A stretch of 64,000 nt of DNA from Squalus acanthias (lineage: Eukaryota). Position 1 is the first letter of the stretch. Each line of letters starts with the position of its first letter. The notes below the pieces were generated by a model. It was not told the DNA's origin. It made no database searches and worked only from the letters and a program-made list of their open reading frames with translations. The DNA lies in the NCBI GenBank assembly GCA_030390025.1, contig JASTWF010000329.1, positions 62,001-126,000 on the forward strand. Reading direction: 5' to 3'. Below, piece after piece: positions 49,902-60,200 of the stretch. The translations under genes and the position numbers were made by a program.

Positions 49902-49938
49902 TCACCTGACGAAGGAGCAGGGCTCCGAAAGCTTGTGA
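49902..49938 (+). ncRNA. Minimal hammerhead ribozyme motif in the pLTR hit by Tx1
   Basis: tcac-CTGACGA-a-ggagc-agg-gctcc-GAAA-gctt-gtga. Confidence 0.8.
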
Positions 49939-50055
49939 TTTCAAATAAAACTGCTGGACTATAACCTGGTGTTGATCTTTTTGGTTGCACAAATCAGGTT
50001 GGACAAATCAAAATTTACTGTAAATCAATTAAAACTTGAAATGAAACTTAATAAA

Positions 50056-53000
50056 TCAAATTAAAATTTGAAAGTCCGGGGTGACGATGCACTCCAGTCC
50101 CCGCGGCGCCCACCGGTCGCGGAAAAACTCAAGCGTGCCGGCGGACACCGCGTGCTCCATCTCCAGGGCCACCCGGGCGCGAACATGGCCGCGGAAGAGA
50201 GGCAGGCAATCGGGCCGAACGACCCCCTCGACCGCCCGCTGCCTGGACCAATTAATGGCTTTCTTGGCCAGGCCCAGGAGCAGTCCTACGAGGAGGTCCT
50301 CCGACCTACCCGCTCCCCTCCGCACCGGGTGACCGTAGATCAGGAGCGTGGGACTGAAGTGCAACCAGAAATTGAGGAGCAGCCCCTTCAAATAATGAAA
50401 GAGGGGCTGCAACCTCTCACATTCAACATAAATGTGATAAACGGACTCCTCCAGGCCGCAAAAATGGCAAGCAGCCTGGGAGTCCGTAAACCTACTTAAA
50501 ATCCTATTGCACGGGACTGCTCCGTGCAACACCCTCCAGGCCAAGTCCCCAATAGAACAAGGGAAGACTCCCGCGTAGAGAGCCTTCCAATGGGGACCTT
50601 CGCCTCCGCCGGACGGCAGGATGGTACGCCAAGGCGTGTCCGGACGGCAGACGAAGATGGCAAAGTGGAGAGTGTGCAGGAGCAGCCCGTACAGGAAACG
50701 CCTCCGTGCGGATTGAAAGGGCACGGAGGGCATTTCTCCGAGAAGGCTCAAGTGGTGAGGCGGCGGCTCCCGAGGGAGGATTCGGGGCCGGGCGCCGATA
50801 AGGAATTCCGTCCGAACGGGGGTCAGTTCGGACGGGATCGCCCCACGTGCTTGAGCCTCCTCGACACACCTAGTGGAGACGGGGCCCAGTGCCACTTTTA
50901 GCGACTCGATGGCTTTGACCGCGAGCCGGACGTTGACCCAGGACATGCGCCTCGCCAACTCCTCCGGCGCCATCCAGCCCGCTCCTCCGCCATCGAGCAG
51001 GTCCCCGACTCTGGTCACCTTACCGGGCACAGCCCTGCCCTCCGCCAGCCAGCCGAACCCGCGGTCGTGGAGGTGCGGATTCCTGAACAGCGGCTCCCGA
51101 AGGACGGCCGCCGCTCCTGACGGGGGAGAACTGCGCTCGGAGGCGACGCTGTTCCAAACCCATAGCAGTTCCTGGTAGAAGACAGGCAGCTCCCGCAGGC
51201 TGGCACGCGTGCCACCCACTCTCACAAACAGGAGCTGCGTGTCGTAATTGAGGCCGTGCAGCTGGCGGAAGAAATACGTCGCCAGCGCACGCCACCTAGG
51301 AGGATTCTCCACGTACAGGTATCTCTGCAGCGTCTGAAGACGGAAAGTCGCCGCCTGGGTGCGAAGGCACACCAGCGCCTGACCGCCCTCCCTAAGCGGG
51401 AGACTCAAAACCGTGGCAGAGACCCAGTGCTTCCTTTTGTCCCAGAAGAAGTCGACGAGCTTCTTCTGCATCTTGGCGACAAACGCAGGGGGAGGGATCA
51501 AAGTGACCAACCGGTACCACAACATGGCGGCCACCAGCTGGTTTATGACCAGCGCTCGACCCCTGTAGGACAACACTCGGAGCAGTCCTGTCCAGCGCCC
51601 TAGGCGAGCGGTGACTTTGGCCTCCAGCTCCAGCCAGTTCGCCGGCCAGGCGTCCTCGGCCGGGCTGAGGTAGACTCCCAGGTAGAGGAGGTGCGTGGTG
51701 CTCCAGGCGAAAGGCCCGAACTCCTCCGGCAGGGAGTCCACCTGCCATGGGCCCACCAGGAGTCCAGAACATTTCTCCCAGTTGATCTTGGCGGAGGATG
51801 CGTCCGAGTAAATCTGCTGGCATTCTCGCATCCTCCGCAAGTCGACGGGATCCGTGACCGCGAGGAGCACGTCATCGGCGTAAGCCGAGAGGACCACCTC
51901 CACGCCCGGCCCTTGCAGAGCCAGTCCCGTCAACCTCTTCCGCAAGAGGCGCAGGAAAGGCTCCACGCAAACGGCGTATAACTGACCGGACATGGGGCAT
52001 CCCTGACGCACCCCCCTCCCGAAGCGAAGGGGCGCCGTCAAAGACCCGTTAACTTTAATCAGACACTCCGCGGCGGCGTACAGAAGTCGGATCCGGGCGA
52101 CGAAATGCGTCCCGAACCCGAATGCGCGCAGAGTCCCGAAAAGATACTCGTGATCCACCCTGTCGAACGCCTTCTCCTGATCCAGGGAAAGGAAGGCGAC
52201 CGACAGACCAGCCCTCTGGGAATGGTGGACCAGGTCCCGGACCAGATGGATGTTATCGTGGATACTCCGGCCCGGGACCGTGTAGGACTGGTCGGGGTGG
52301 ATCATGCGGGCCAGCACGGTGCCAAGGCGAGCAGACATAGCCCTGGCGAAAATTTTGTAGTCCGTGCTGAGGAGGGAGACCGGGCGCCAGTTCTTAAGTA
52401 GGCGGAGATCGCCCTTCTTGGGCAGCAGGACGATGACCGCCCTGCGCCAAGAGAGGGGCATCTCCCCGGTCGCCAGACTTTCCCCCAGGACCCGCGCGTA
52501 GTCGTCCCCCAAGACGTCCCAGAACGCCCTGTGGAACTCCACGGTCAGCCCGTCCAGCCCCGGGGACTTGCCCCTCGAGAGCTGGCGCAGGGCGCCGGTC
52601 AGCTCCGCCAGGCTTAGCGGAGCTTCTAAATTCTCGGCGCCCTCCGGGCCGACCTTCGGCAGGTCCTCCCACAAAACTCTGCGCGCATCCTCGCTGGACG
52701 GATCCGAAGAGAACAGAGCCCCGTAATAGGCCCGGGCCTCCGCGCTGATGCCCTCCGGATCCGAGACCAGAGATCCGTCGTCGGCCAGCAGCCCCAAGAG
52801 CTGCTTACGGACCCCCCGTCTTTTTTCCAGCGAGTAGAAGAAGGGGGAGCCGCGGTCCAGGTCCCGCAGGAGCTGGATCCGCGACCTCACGTACGCGCCT
52901 CGGGACCCGACCAGCTGCAGGTCCTTCAGCACGCCCTTCTTCTCTTCGTACACCTTCCGCAGGGCCGGGTCCTCGACGACTTGACCGAGACGGGACTCCA

Positions 53001-53955
53001 GGTCGAGCACTTCTTTCTCCAATCGCCCGACCCGGGCCTCCCGTCTCTTGGTCGACCCCTTCGCGTACTCCTGACAGAAGACGCGGACGTGAGCCTTGCC
53101 CACGTCCCACCATAGCCTCAAGGAGGGGAAGCCTCCCCGCTTCCTTCTCCAGTCGGCCCAGAACCGGCGAAACGAATCCCGGAACCGCGCGTCCTCCAGC
53201 AGCAGGTTGTTAAAATGCCAGTACGCGGAACCCCCCCGCGCGCGCAGCGGAGCGAGCTCCGCCCACACCAGGTGGTGGTCCGTGCACGGCACCGGCCGCA
53301 TGGAAGCCGCCGGAACGCAGGAGACGTACGCCCGGGAAATGTAAAGGCGGTCGATTCTGGACCTTCCTCCTCCAGACCTCACGCTCGTGAAGGCGCTGGA
53401 GTCGGGATGGAGATTTCGCCAGACGTCCACCAAGTCGAAGGACCCGACCAGGTCCCGCAACTTCTCCATCGCCGCCGGGCTTCGCGGGGGACCCGACCGG
53501 TCCCGCGCCTCGAGGGTACAATTGAAATCCCCCCCGAGGATGACGCACTCGCCCACGTCGATGGAGCCCAGAAGAGCGGACACTTCTCCGAAGAAGCGCA
53601 CTTGCTGCGCACCGGTCCGGGGGGCGTACACGTTCACTAAATGGAGTGGCACGCCTCCCAGGCGAACAGTGACCTGGAGCAAGCGGCCCGGCACGTGCTC
53701 CTTGACCCTCAAGATCTCCGGCTGAAAATGCGGGGCCAGCAAGACAGCCACCCCGCAGGAATTGTTGGAGAGGTGACTCATGCTGACCCCTCCTTGCCAC
53801 TCCAGGAGCCACGTGGCCTCGTCTCCCGGAACGGTGTGGGTTTCTTGCAGGAAGCACACCGCATATTTCCCGTCCCGAAGGACCGAGAAGTTATTGAATC
53901 TACGGCGCGCCTCCCTGCTGCCGTTGATGTTGAGGCTGGCTATGGTTATCTTCAT
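50056..53955 (-). CDS. Tx1 ORF2: APE endonuclease + RT + C-terminal zinc motif
   Basis: SLNING, FLQETH, GGDFN, SRIDR, TDH; KSPGLDG, DQEKAFDRV, GVRQGCPMS, YADD; CHFCGLEESVYHIYVEC. Confidence 0.97.
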   Translation of the reverse strand: MKITIASLNINGSREARRRFNNFSVLRDGKYAVCFLQETHTVPGDEATWLLEWQGGVSMSHLSNNSCGVAVLLAPHFQPEILRVKEHVPGRLLQVTVRLGGVPLHLVNVYAPRTGAQQVRFFGEVSALLGSIDVGECVILGGDFNCTLEARDRSGPPRSPAAMEKLRDLVGSFDLVDVWRNLHPDSSAFTSVRSGGGRSRIDRLYISRAYVSCVPAASMRPVPCTDHHLVWAELAPLRARGGSAYWHFNNLLLEDARFRDSFRRFWADWRRKRGGFPSLRLWWDVGKAHVRVFCQEYAKGSTKRREARVGRLEKEVLDLESRLGQVVEDPALRKVYEEKKGVLKDLQLVGSRGAYVRSRIQLLRDLDRGSPFFYSLEKRRGVRKQLLGLLADDGSLVSDPEGISAEARAYYGALFSSDPSSEDARRVLWEDLPKVGPEGAENLEAPLSLAELTGALRQLSRGKSPGLDGLTVEFHRAFWDVLGDDYARVLGESLATGEMPLSWRRAVIVLLPKKGDLRLLKNWRPVSLLSTDYKIFARAMSARLGTVLARMIHPDQSYTVPGRSIHDNIHLVRDLVHHSQRAGLSVAFLSLDQEKAFDRVDHEYLFGTLRAFGFGTHFVARIRLLYAAAECLIKVNGSLTAPLRFGRGVRQGCPMSGQLYAVCVEPFLRLLRKRLTGLALQGPGVEVVLSAYADDVLLAVTDPVDLRRMRECQQIYSDASSAKINWEKCSGLLVGPWQVDSLPEEFGPFAWSTTHLLYLGVYLSPAEDAWPANWLELEAKVTARLGRWTGLLRVLSYRGRALVINQLVAAMLWYRLVTLIPPPAFVAKMQKKLVDFFWDKRKHWVSATVLSLPLREGGQALVCLRTQAATFRLQTLQRYLYVENPPRWRALATYFFRQLHGLNYDTQLLFVRVGGTRASLRELPVFYQELLWVWNSVASERSSPPSGAAAVLREPLFRNPHLHDRGFGWLAEGRAVPGKVTRVGDLLDGGGAGWMAPEELARRMSWVNVRLAVKAIESLKVALGPVSTRCVEEAQARGAIPSELTPVRTEFLIGARPRILPREPPPHHLSLLGEMPSVPFQSARRRFLYGLLLHTLHFAIFVCRPDTPWRTILPSGGGEGPHWKALYAGVFPCSIGDLAWRVLHGAVPCNRILSRFTDSQAACHFCGLEESVYHIYVECERLQPLFHYLKGLLLNFWLHFSPTLLIYGHPVRRGAGRSEDLLVGLLLGLAKKAINWSRQRAVEGVVRPDCLPLFRGHVRARVALEMEHAVSAGTLEFFRDRWAPRGLECIVTPDFQILI

Positions 53956-53980
53956 CTCAGAAGCATAGTGCAACCTCTAC

Positions 53981-56131
53981 CTAACGGAGGGGAGGGAGCG
54001 CGGTCACTGACGACCGCCACTCCCTCAGCAGCCCAGTGTGGAAGCTCTTGAGCCGACGCAGCTCGAGCCGGCCAACGTCCTTGTCCGCGCCCATGATTTT
54101 AACGGCGGCGCGGACGGACACGACGAGCAGCGCCAGCTCCGACCACTTGTCGAGGGCCAGCCGGATCTTCTTGTGACGACCCTGGCTCACGGCCATAAAA
54201 TCCCGGAGTTCCCCTACGGGGATGAGGGGAGAGTCGGTGAAGGGCACGAGGGCGTCCATCGCCTCGCTGCCGATGGACTCCAAATCGTCCTCGTTGCCCA
54301 ACACCGAGTCCCCGTCCTCCTCCGGGAGGTCGTCACCGGCGGCCGACCCGTCCGTCACACAGGGTGCAGCGAACGGCTCGGCCGCACCGGCCGGCCCCGC
54401 CTCCGTCACGATCCCACCCCCAGGATCGGTGGCAGAGGAGTCCACCCTGGGCTCCTTCAGGGGCGCCGGGCCGGGAGGCGGCGGCGGCGGTTCGGGGCCC
54501 CCCCCCGCCTCAGGCGCCGGGGCGACCGGAGAAACCGGGGAGAAAATAATCCCAAATTCCTCCAGCACGTCCGGCGCCAACAACAGAGACGGAATCAGGG
54601 GGCTTTCCGCCTCCCCGCCACCAACCTCCAACCCAGCGGGCTGGGGATTGCTACACTCCTCCACCAGGTCGAGCAGTCCCTGGGAGATGTCTGGGTTATA
54701 AAAGGCGGGCTCGGCTTCAGCCTCTTTGGCCTCGCCCGCCCCAGTCCCCAGGACGCCCGACCCGGCGAGGAGCAACGGTTCCAGAACTACATTTCCCTCC
54801 GCGGGTTGTTCCGCGCCCCCCCCCACGGGCAGGGTCTCTTCCCCATCCCCGGGAGGCACAGGTCGGACAGACTCGGCTGTCTCACCCTCCCGAGGGACAG
54901 ACAACCCCTGCCGATCGCGCGCGACGATGACGGTGGTGGGGTGGGGCGCAGCACCCGCGGCGGGCGACTGCCCCCCTTTTGCGGAGGGACCTTCCTCCTC
55001 GCAGTCCTCCTGCTGGGGGCGGAGCTTTCTTTTTAACGTATTGGGGCCCGGAGAGGGGGAGGCCTCCATGTCTGCTGGGGCCTCCCTCTCTGCCCCCTTC
55101 CGACGACTGGGTTTCTTGGGCCCCTCGGGCCCGAGCCCGGCCGCAGGTCTTGATTCAGCTGCCTCAGCAGTTGCGGTCACGGGCCCGGGCACGAGGACCC
55201 CCCCAGTCTCATGCGTCCCGACCAACTCCGCGATATACTCGGGCGTGAGTTCGGTCAACTCCAATGTTTCCTCCGTGAGGGGATCCGCCCTTAGATGTTT
55301 ATTTTTCCTACGCGCCTTCCTTCCCCCCGGACGCTCTCCCTCCTCCCCGCCGGAGGCCGTGGTGGTGTTGGCCTCCGATTTCGACCGCGCATCCGTCGCC
55401 GTCGACGCGCGGACAGTATCAGGGGGAGGGGGGGCGGCGGCGCCAACCCTGGCCGCGCCAGGTGTCGTGGTGGCCTTGGAGGCGGGGCAGTTTTTGCGGA
55501 CGTGCCCCACCTCCTTACAGGCGTAGCACCGCACGCCGTCCGAGGTCCAGAAGACGCGGTGGGCGGTCCCCCCGTGGAGCACCGTGAACGCGCCGTCCGC
55601 GTCCTCCTCCCGCGCCAGCCGGACGAAAAGCTGGCGCCGGAAGGAGAAGACGTGCCGAAGGCTGGCTTCCCGGAAGCCGAGCGGGATGGGTGTGATCCCC
55701 GACCTCACCTCCCCCAGTTGACGTAGGTGGGGGAGGAGGAGCTCACCCGGAACAAAGGGCGGGACGTTGGAAACCACAATCCTTTGCGCGGTGGCCTCAA
55801 GGGGGTCCACCGGCAGGAAGGTCCCGCCCACGGTGAGCCCCTTCTCGATGGCCAGGGACACCGCCCGCTCCGACCCCAGGAAGAACACAGCCTTGCCGTA
55901 CATTTTAGAGGCGGCGACGATGGCTGAAGGGCCGACAACCCCAGCCATGGCTTTAACGCACGCCTCTATAGTCATGTTGGGGTGAGTGTAGCTCCTGACC
56001 CCATTCTTCCTCGTAAGGAGGGTAAAAGGTGACGGGGTAACAGGAGGACTCGTGGCTGCGGCCGTGGCCGCGGCTGCCACGCTCGCATACGTCCTCGCTG
56101 CCCCCGCCACCGACGAAGATGTACTCGCCAT
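53981..56131 (-). CDS. Tx1 ORF1: nucleic-acid-binding protein with CCHC knuckle and long low-complexity tail
   Basis: RIVVSNVPPFVP, HVFSFRRQ and CYACKEVGHVRKNC motifs typical of Tx1 ORF1; first ATG 56131. Confidence 0.93.
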   Translation of the reverse strand: MASTSSSVAGAARTYASVAAAATAAATSPPVTPSPFTLLTRKNGVRSYTHPNMTIEACVKAMAGVVGPSAIVAASKMYGKAVFFLGSERAVSLAIEKGLTVGGTFLPVDPLEATAQRIVVSNVPPFVPGELLLPHLRQLGEVRSGITPIPLGFREASLRHVFSFRRQLFVRLAREEDADGAFTVLHGGTAHRVFWTSDGVRCYACKEVGHVRKNCPASKATTTPGAARVGAAAPPPPDTVRASTATDARSKSEANTTTASGGEEGERPGGRKARRKNKHLRADPLTEETLELTELTPEYIAELVGTHETGGVLVPGPVTATAEAAESRPAAGLGPEGPKKPSRRKGAEREAPADMEASPSPGPNTLKRKLRPQQEDCEEEGPSAKGGQSPAAGAAPHPTTVIVARDRQGLSVPREGETAESVRPVPPGDGEETLPVGGGAEQPAEGNVVLEPLLLAGSGVLGTGAGEAKEAEAEPAFYNPDISQGLLDLVEECSNPQPAGLEVGGGEAESPLIPSLLLAPDVLEEFGIIFSPVSPVAPAPEAGGGPEPPPPPPGPAPLKEPRVDSSATDPGGGIVTEAGPAGAAEPFAAPCVTDGSAAGDDLPEEDGDSVLGNEDDLESIGSEAMDALVPFTDSPLIPVGELRDFMAVSQGRHKKIRLALDKWSELALLVVSVRAAVKIMGADKDVGRLELRRLKSFHTGLLREWRSSVTALPPLR

Positions 56132-57103
56132 AATGGAGGGTTCTTTAAGGGCTACACTCACCCCAAGTCACAGGCCTGAAGGTGTTAATGGCCTCGGTTT
56201 TTTTTTTTGTTTTCCCCTGAGCAGAGGGAGCTCTTAAATTGAAGGCACACCTCTCCCTTTAGTTGATTGAATTGGGAGAGGGGCCTTCTCCCCTCTGCTC
56301 AATGGGTACTTAATTAAAATAGATTGAGGTGCCTCTTAGAGAGAGAGGCAGAGAGAGACAAGAGACAAAGAGAGAGAGAGAGAGGGGGGTGGGAAGGAGG
56401 GAAGCCGCAAGGGCAGGGTCGCCACTCAGGATGGTGGGTGGGTGGGTGTTGGCAGGGGGGTGCACTCTCCGATGTAATACAAGTCTTTGGTGGTGGTCTT
56501 CTGGTGGGGGGAGAAGATGTCTTCACCTGGGATAGCTGGAGATGCCCAGGCTCAGTCCTGCACCAGGTCTTAACGATGCCCAATTGGATTAAATTAATTG
56601 GGGAACTTCACCTAGGCAGCTCCAGCTGTCCCAGGTCAGGCAATGGGAAAGGGGTGTTTAATATGGTGTGTGCGGCCTAGCTTTTACAGAAGCCACACAC
56701 ACACACGCCCCTTGGATGTTCCGGCCTTCTTCTTGTCTTCTTTCCTCCCCCCACCTACAAAACAAAGTCTCTGGGAGAGTGCCCCAGAATCACACCCACC
56801 TGTAGCTGATATTCTTTCCTTCCTTCCTCCTTCCAAACAGATGATGTTTTGTTGTTTTCTCCCCTCTCTCCCTCTCCTAAAATGGAGGCCAATTGAGGAG
56901 GCAGTGTGGAAAGGCCTCTCCTCTGTTGTTAATGGCCTTGGCCTTCCTTTCCTTCTTTTCCTTCTCCTCTCCTGTCCTCTCTCTCCAGGCACCTCAGTTG
57001 TGGATGTGTTGGTTGTTGGTGGTGGTCTGTTGGCTGGTCTCCTTCTCCTTCTCCTCTTCCTGCTCACAGAGACCACCACTCTGCTGCTGCTGCTGCTCAC
57101 CAC

Positions 57104-57149
57104 AAGCTCGTGATTTCAAATAAAGCTGTTGGACTATAACCTGGTGTTG
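57104..57149. repeat. 46-bp copy of the Penelope target sequence between the two Tx1 copies
   Basis: aagctcgtgatttcaaataaagctgttggactataacctggtgttg versus 49929-49974, 3 mismatches. Confidence 0.92.
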
Positions 57150-57217
57150 ATCTTTTTGGTTTGACAGAACGCAAATTTACTGTAAATCAATTAAAACTTG
57201 AAATGAAACTTAATAAA

Positions 57218-60200
57218 TCAAATTAAAATTTGAAAGTCCGGGGTGATGATGCACTCCAGTCCCCGCGGCGCCCACCGGTCGCGGAAAAACTCAAGCGTGC
57301 CGGCGGATACCGCGTGCTCCATCTCCAGGGCCACCCGGGCGCGAACATGGCCGCGGAAGAGAGGCAGGCAATCGGGCCGAACGACCCCCTCGACCGCCCG
57401 CTGCCTGGACCAATTAATGGCTTTCTTGGCCAGGCCCAGGAGCAGTCCTACGAGGAGGTCCTCTGACCTACCCGCTCCCCTCCGCACCGGGTGACCGTAG
57501 ATCAGGAGCGTGGGGCTGAAGTGCAACCAGAAATTGAGGAGCAGCCCCTTCAAATAATGAAAGAGGGGCTGCAACCTCTCACATTCAACATAAATGTGAT
57601 AAACGGACTCCTCCAGGCCGCAAAAATGGCAAGCAGCCTGGGAGTCCGTAAACCTACTTAAAATCCTATTGCACGGGACTGCTCCGTGCAACACCCTCCA
57701 GGCCAAGTCCCCAATAGAACAAGGGAAGACTCCCGCGTAGAGAGCCTTCCAATGGGGACCTTCGCCTCCGCCGGACGGCAGGATGGTACGCCAAGGCGTG
57801 TCCGGACGGCAGACGAAGATGGCAAAGTGGAGAGTGTGCAGGAGCAGCCCGTACAGGAAACGCCTCCGTGCGGATTGAAAGGGCACGGAGGGCATTTCTC
57901 CGAGAAGGCTCAAGTGGTGAGGCGGCGGCTCCCGAGGGAGGATTCGGGGCCGGGCGCCGATAAGGAATTCCGTCCGAACGGGGGTCAGTTCGGACGGGAT
58001 CGCCCCACGTGCTTGAGCCTCCTCGACACACCTAGTGGAGACGGGGCCCAGTGCCACTTTTAGCGACTCGATGGCTTTGACCGCGAGCCGGACGTTGACC
58101 CAAGACATGCGCCTCGCCAACTCCTCCGGCGCCATCCAGCCCGCTCCTCCGCCATCGAGCAGGTCCCCGACTCTGGTCACCTTACCGGGCACAGCCCTGC
58201 CCTCCGCCAGCCAGCCGAACCCGCGGTCGTGGAGGTGCGGATTCCTGAACAGCGGCTCCCGAAGGACGGCCGCCGCTCCTGACGGGGGAGAACTGCGCTC
58301 GGAGGCGACGCTGTTCCAAACCCATAGCAGTTCCTGGTAGAAGACAGGCAGCTCCCGCAGGCTGGCACGCGTGCCACCCACTCTCACAAACAGGAGCTGC
58401 GTGTCGTAATTGAGGCCGTGCAGCTGGCGGAAGAAATACGTCGCCAGCACACGCCACCTAGGAGGATTCTCCACGTACAGGTATCTCTGCAGCGTCTGAA
58501 GACGGAAAGTCGCCGCCTGGGTGCGAAGGCACACCAGCGCCTGACCGCCCTCCCTAAGCGGGAGACTCAAAACCGCGGCAGAGACCCAGTGCTTCCTTTT
58601 GTCCCAGAAGAAGTCGACGAGCTTCTTCTGCATCTTGGCGACAAACGCAGGGGGAGGGATCAAAGTGACCAACCGGTACCACAACATGGCGGCCACCAGC
58701 TGGTTTATGACCAGCGCTCGACCCCTGTAGGACAACACTCGGAGCAGTCCTGTCCAGCGCCCTAGGCGAGCGGTGACTTTGGCCTCCAGCTCTTGCCAGT
58801 TCGCCGGCCAGGCGTCCTCGGCCGGGCTGAGGTAGACTCCCAGGTAGAGGAGGTGCGTGGTGCTCCAGGCGAAAGGCCCGAACTCCTCCGGCAGGGAGTC
58901 CACCTGCCATGGGCCCACCAGGAGTCCAGAACATTTCTCCCAGTTGATCTTGGCGGAGGATGCGTCCGAGTAAATCTGCTGGCATTCTCGCATCCTCCGC
59001 AAGTCGACGGGATCCGTGACCGCGAGGAGCACGTCATCGGCGTAAGCCGAGAGGACCACCTCCACGCCCGGCCCTTGCAGAGCCAGTCCCGTCAACCTCT
59101 TCCGCAAGAGGCGCAGGAAAGGCTCCACGCAAACGGCGTATAACTGACCGGACATGGGGCATCCCTGACGCACCCCCCTCCCGAAGCGAAGGGGCGCCGT
59201 CAAAGACCCGTTAACTTTAATGAGACACTCCGCGGCGGCGTACAGAAGTCGGATCCGGGCGACGAAATGCGTCCCGAACCCGAATGCGCGCAGAGTCCCG
59301 AAAAGATACTCGTGATCCACCCTGTCGAACGCCTTCTCCTGATCCAGGGAAAGGAAGGCGACCGACAGACCAGCCCTCTGGGAATGGTGGACCAGGTCCC
59401 GGACCAGATGGATGTTATCGTGGATACTCCGGCCCGGGACCGTGTAGGACTGGTCGGGGTGGATCATGCGGGCCAGCACGGTGCCAAGGCGAGCAGACAT
59501 AGCCCTGGCGAAAATTTTGTAGTCCGTGCTGAGGAGGGAGACCGGGCGCCAGTTCTTAAGTAGGCGGAGATCGCCCTTCTTGGGCAGCAGGACGATGACC
59601 GCCCTGCGCCAAGAGAGGGGCATCTCCCCGGTCGCCAGACTTTCCCCCAGGACCCGCGCGTAGTCATCCCCCAAGACGTCCCAGAATGCCCTGTGGAACT
59701 CCACGGTCAGCCCGTCCAGCCCCGGGGACTTGCCCCTCGAGAGCTGGCGCAGGGCGCCGGTCAGCTCCGCCAGGCTTAGCGGAGCTTCTAAATTCTCGGC
59801 GCCCTCCGGGCCGACCTTCGGCAGGTCCTCCCACAAAACTCTGCGCGCATCCTCGCTGGACGGATCCGAAGAGAACAGAGCCCCGTAATAGGCCCGGGCC
59901 TCCGCGCTGATGCCCTCCGGATCCGAGACCAGAGATCCGTCGTCGGCCAGCAGCCCCAAGAGCTGCTTACGGACCCCCCGTCTTTTTTCCAGCGAGTAGA
60001 AGAAGGGGGAGCCGCGGTCCAGGTCCCGCAGGAACTGGATCCGCGACCTCACGTACGCGCCTCGGGACCCGACCAGCTGCAGGTCCTTCAGCGCGCCCTT
60101 CTTCTCTTCGTACACCTTCCGCAGGGCCGGGTCCTCGACGACTTGACCGAGACGGGACTCCAGGTCGAGCACTTCTTTCTCCAATCGCCCGACCCGGGCC

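Larger units (their letters stand above)
49975..57103 (-). mobile_element. Full-length Tx1-clade (L1 group) non-LTR retrotransposon, copy 1
   Basis: Two intact ORFs, ~0.95-kb 5' UTR, short 3' UTR ending accaaaaagat with no poly(A). Confidence 0.93.
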
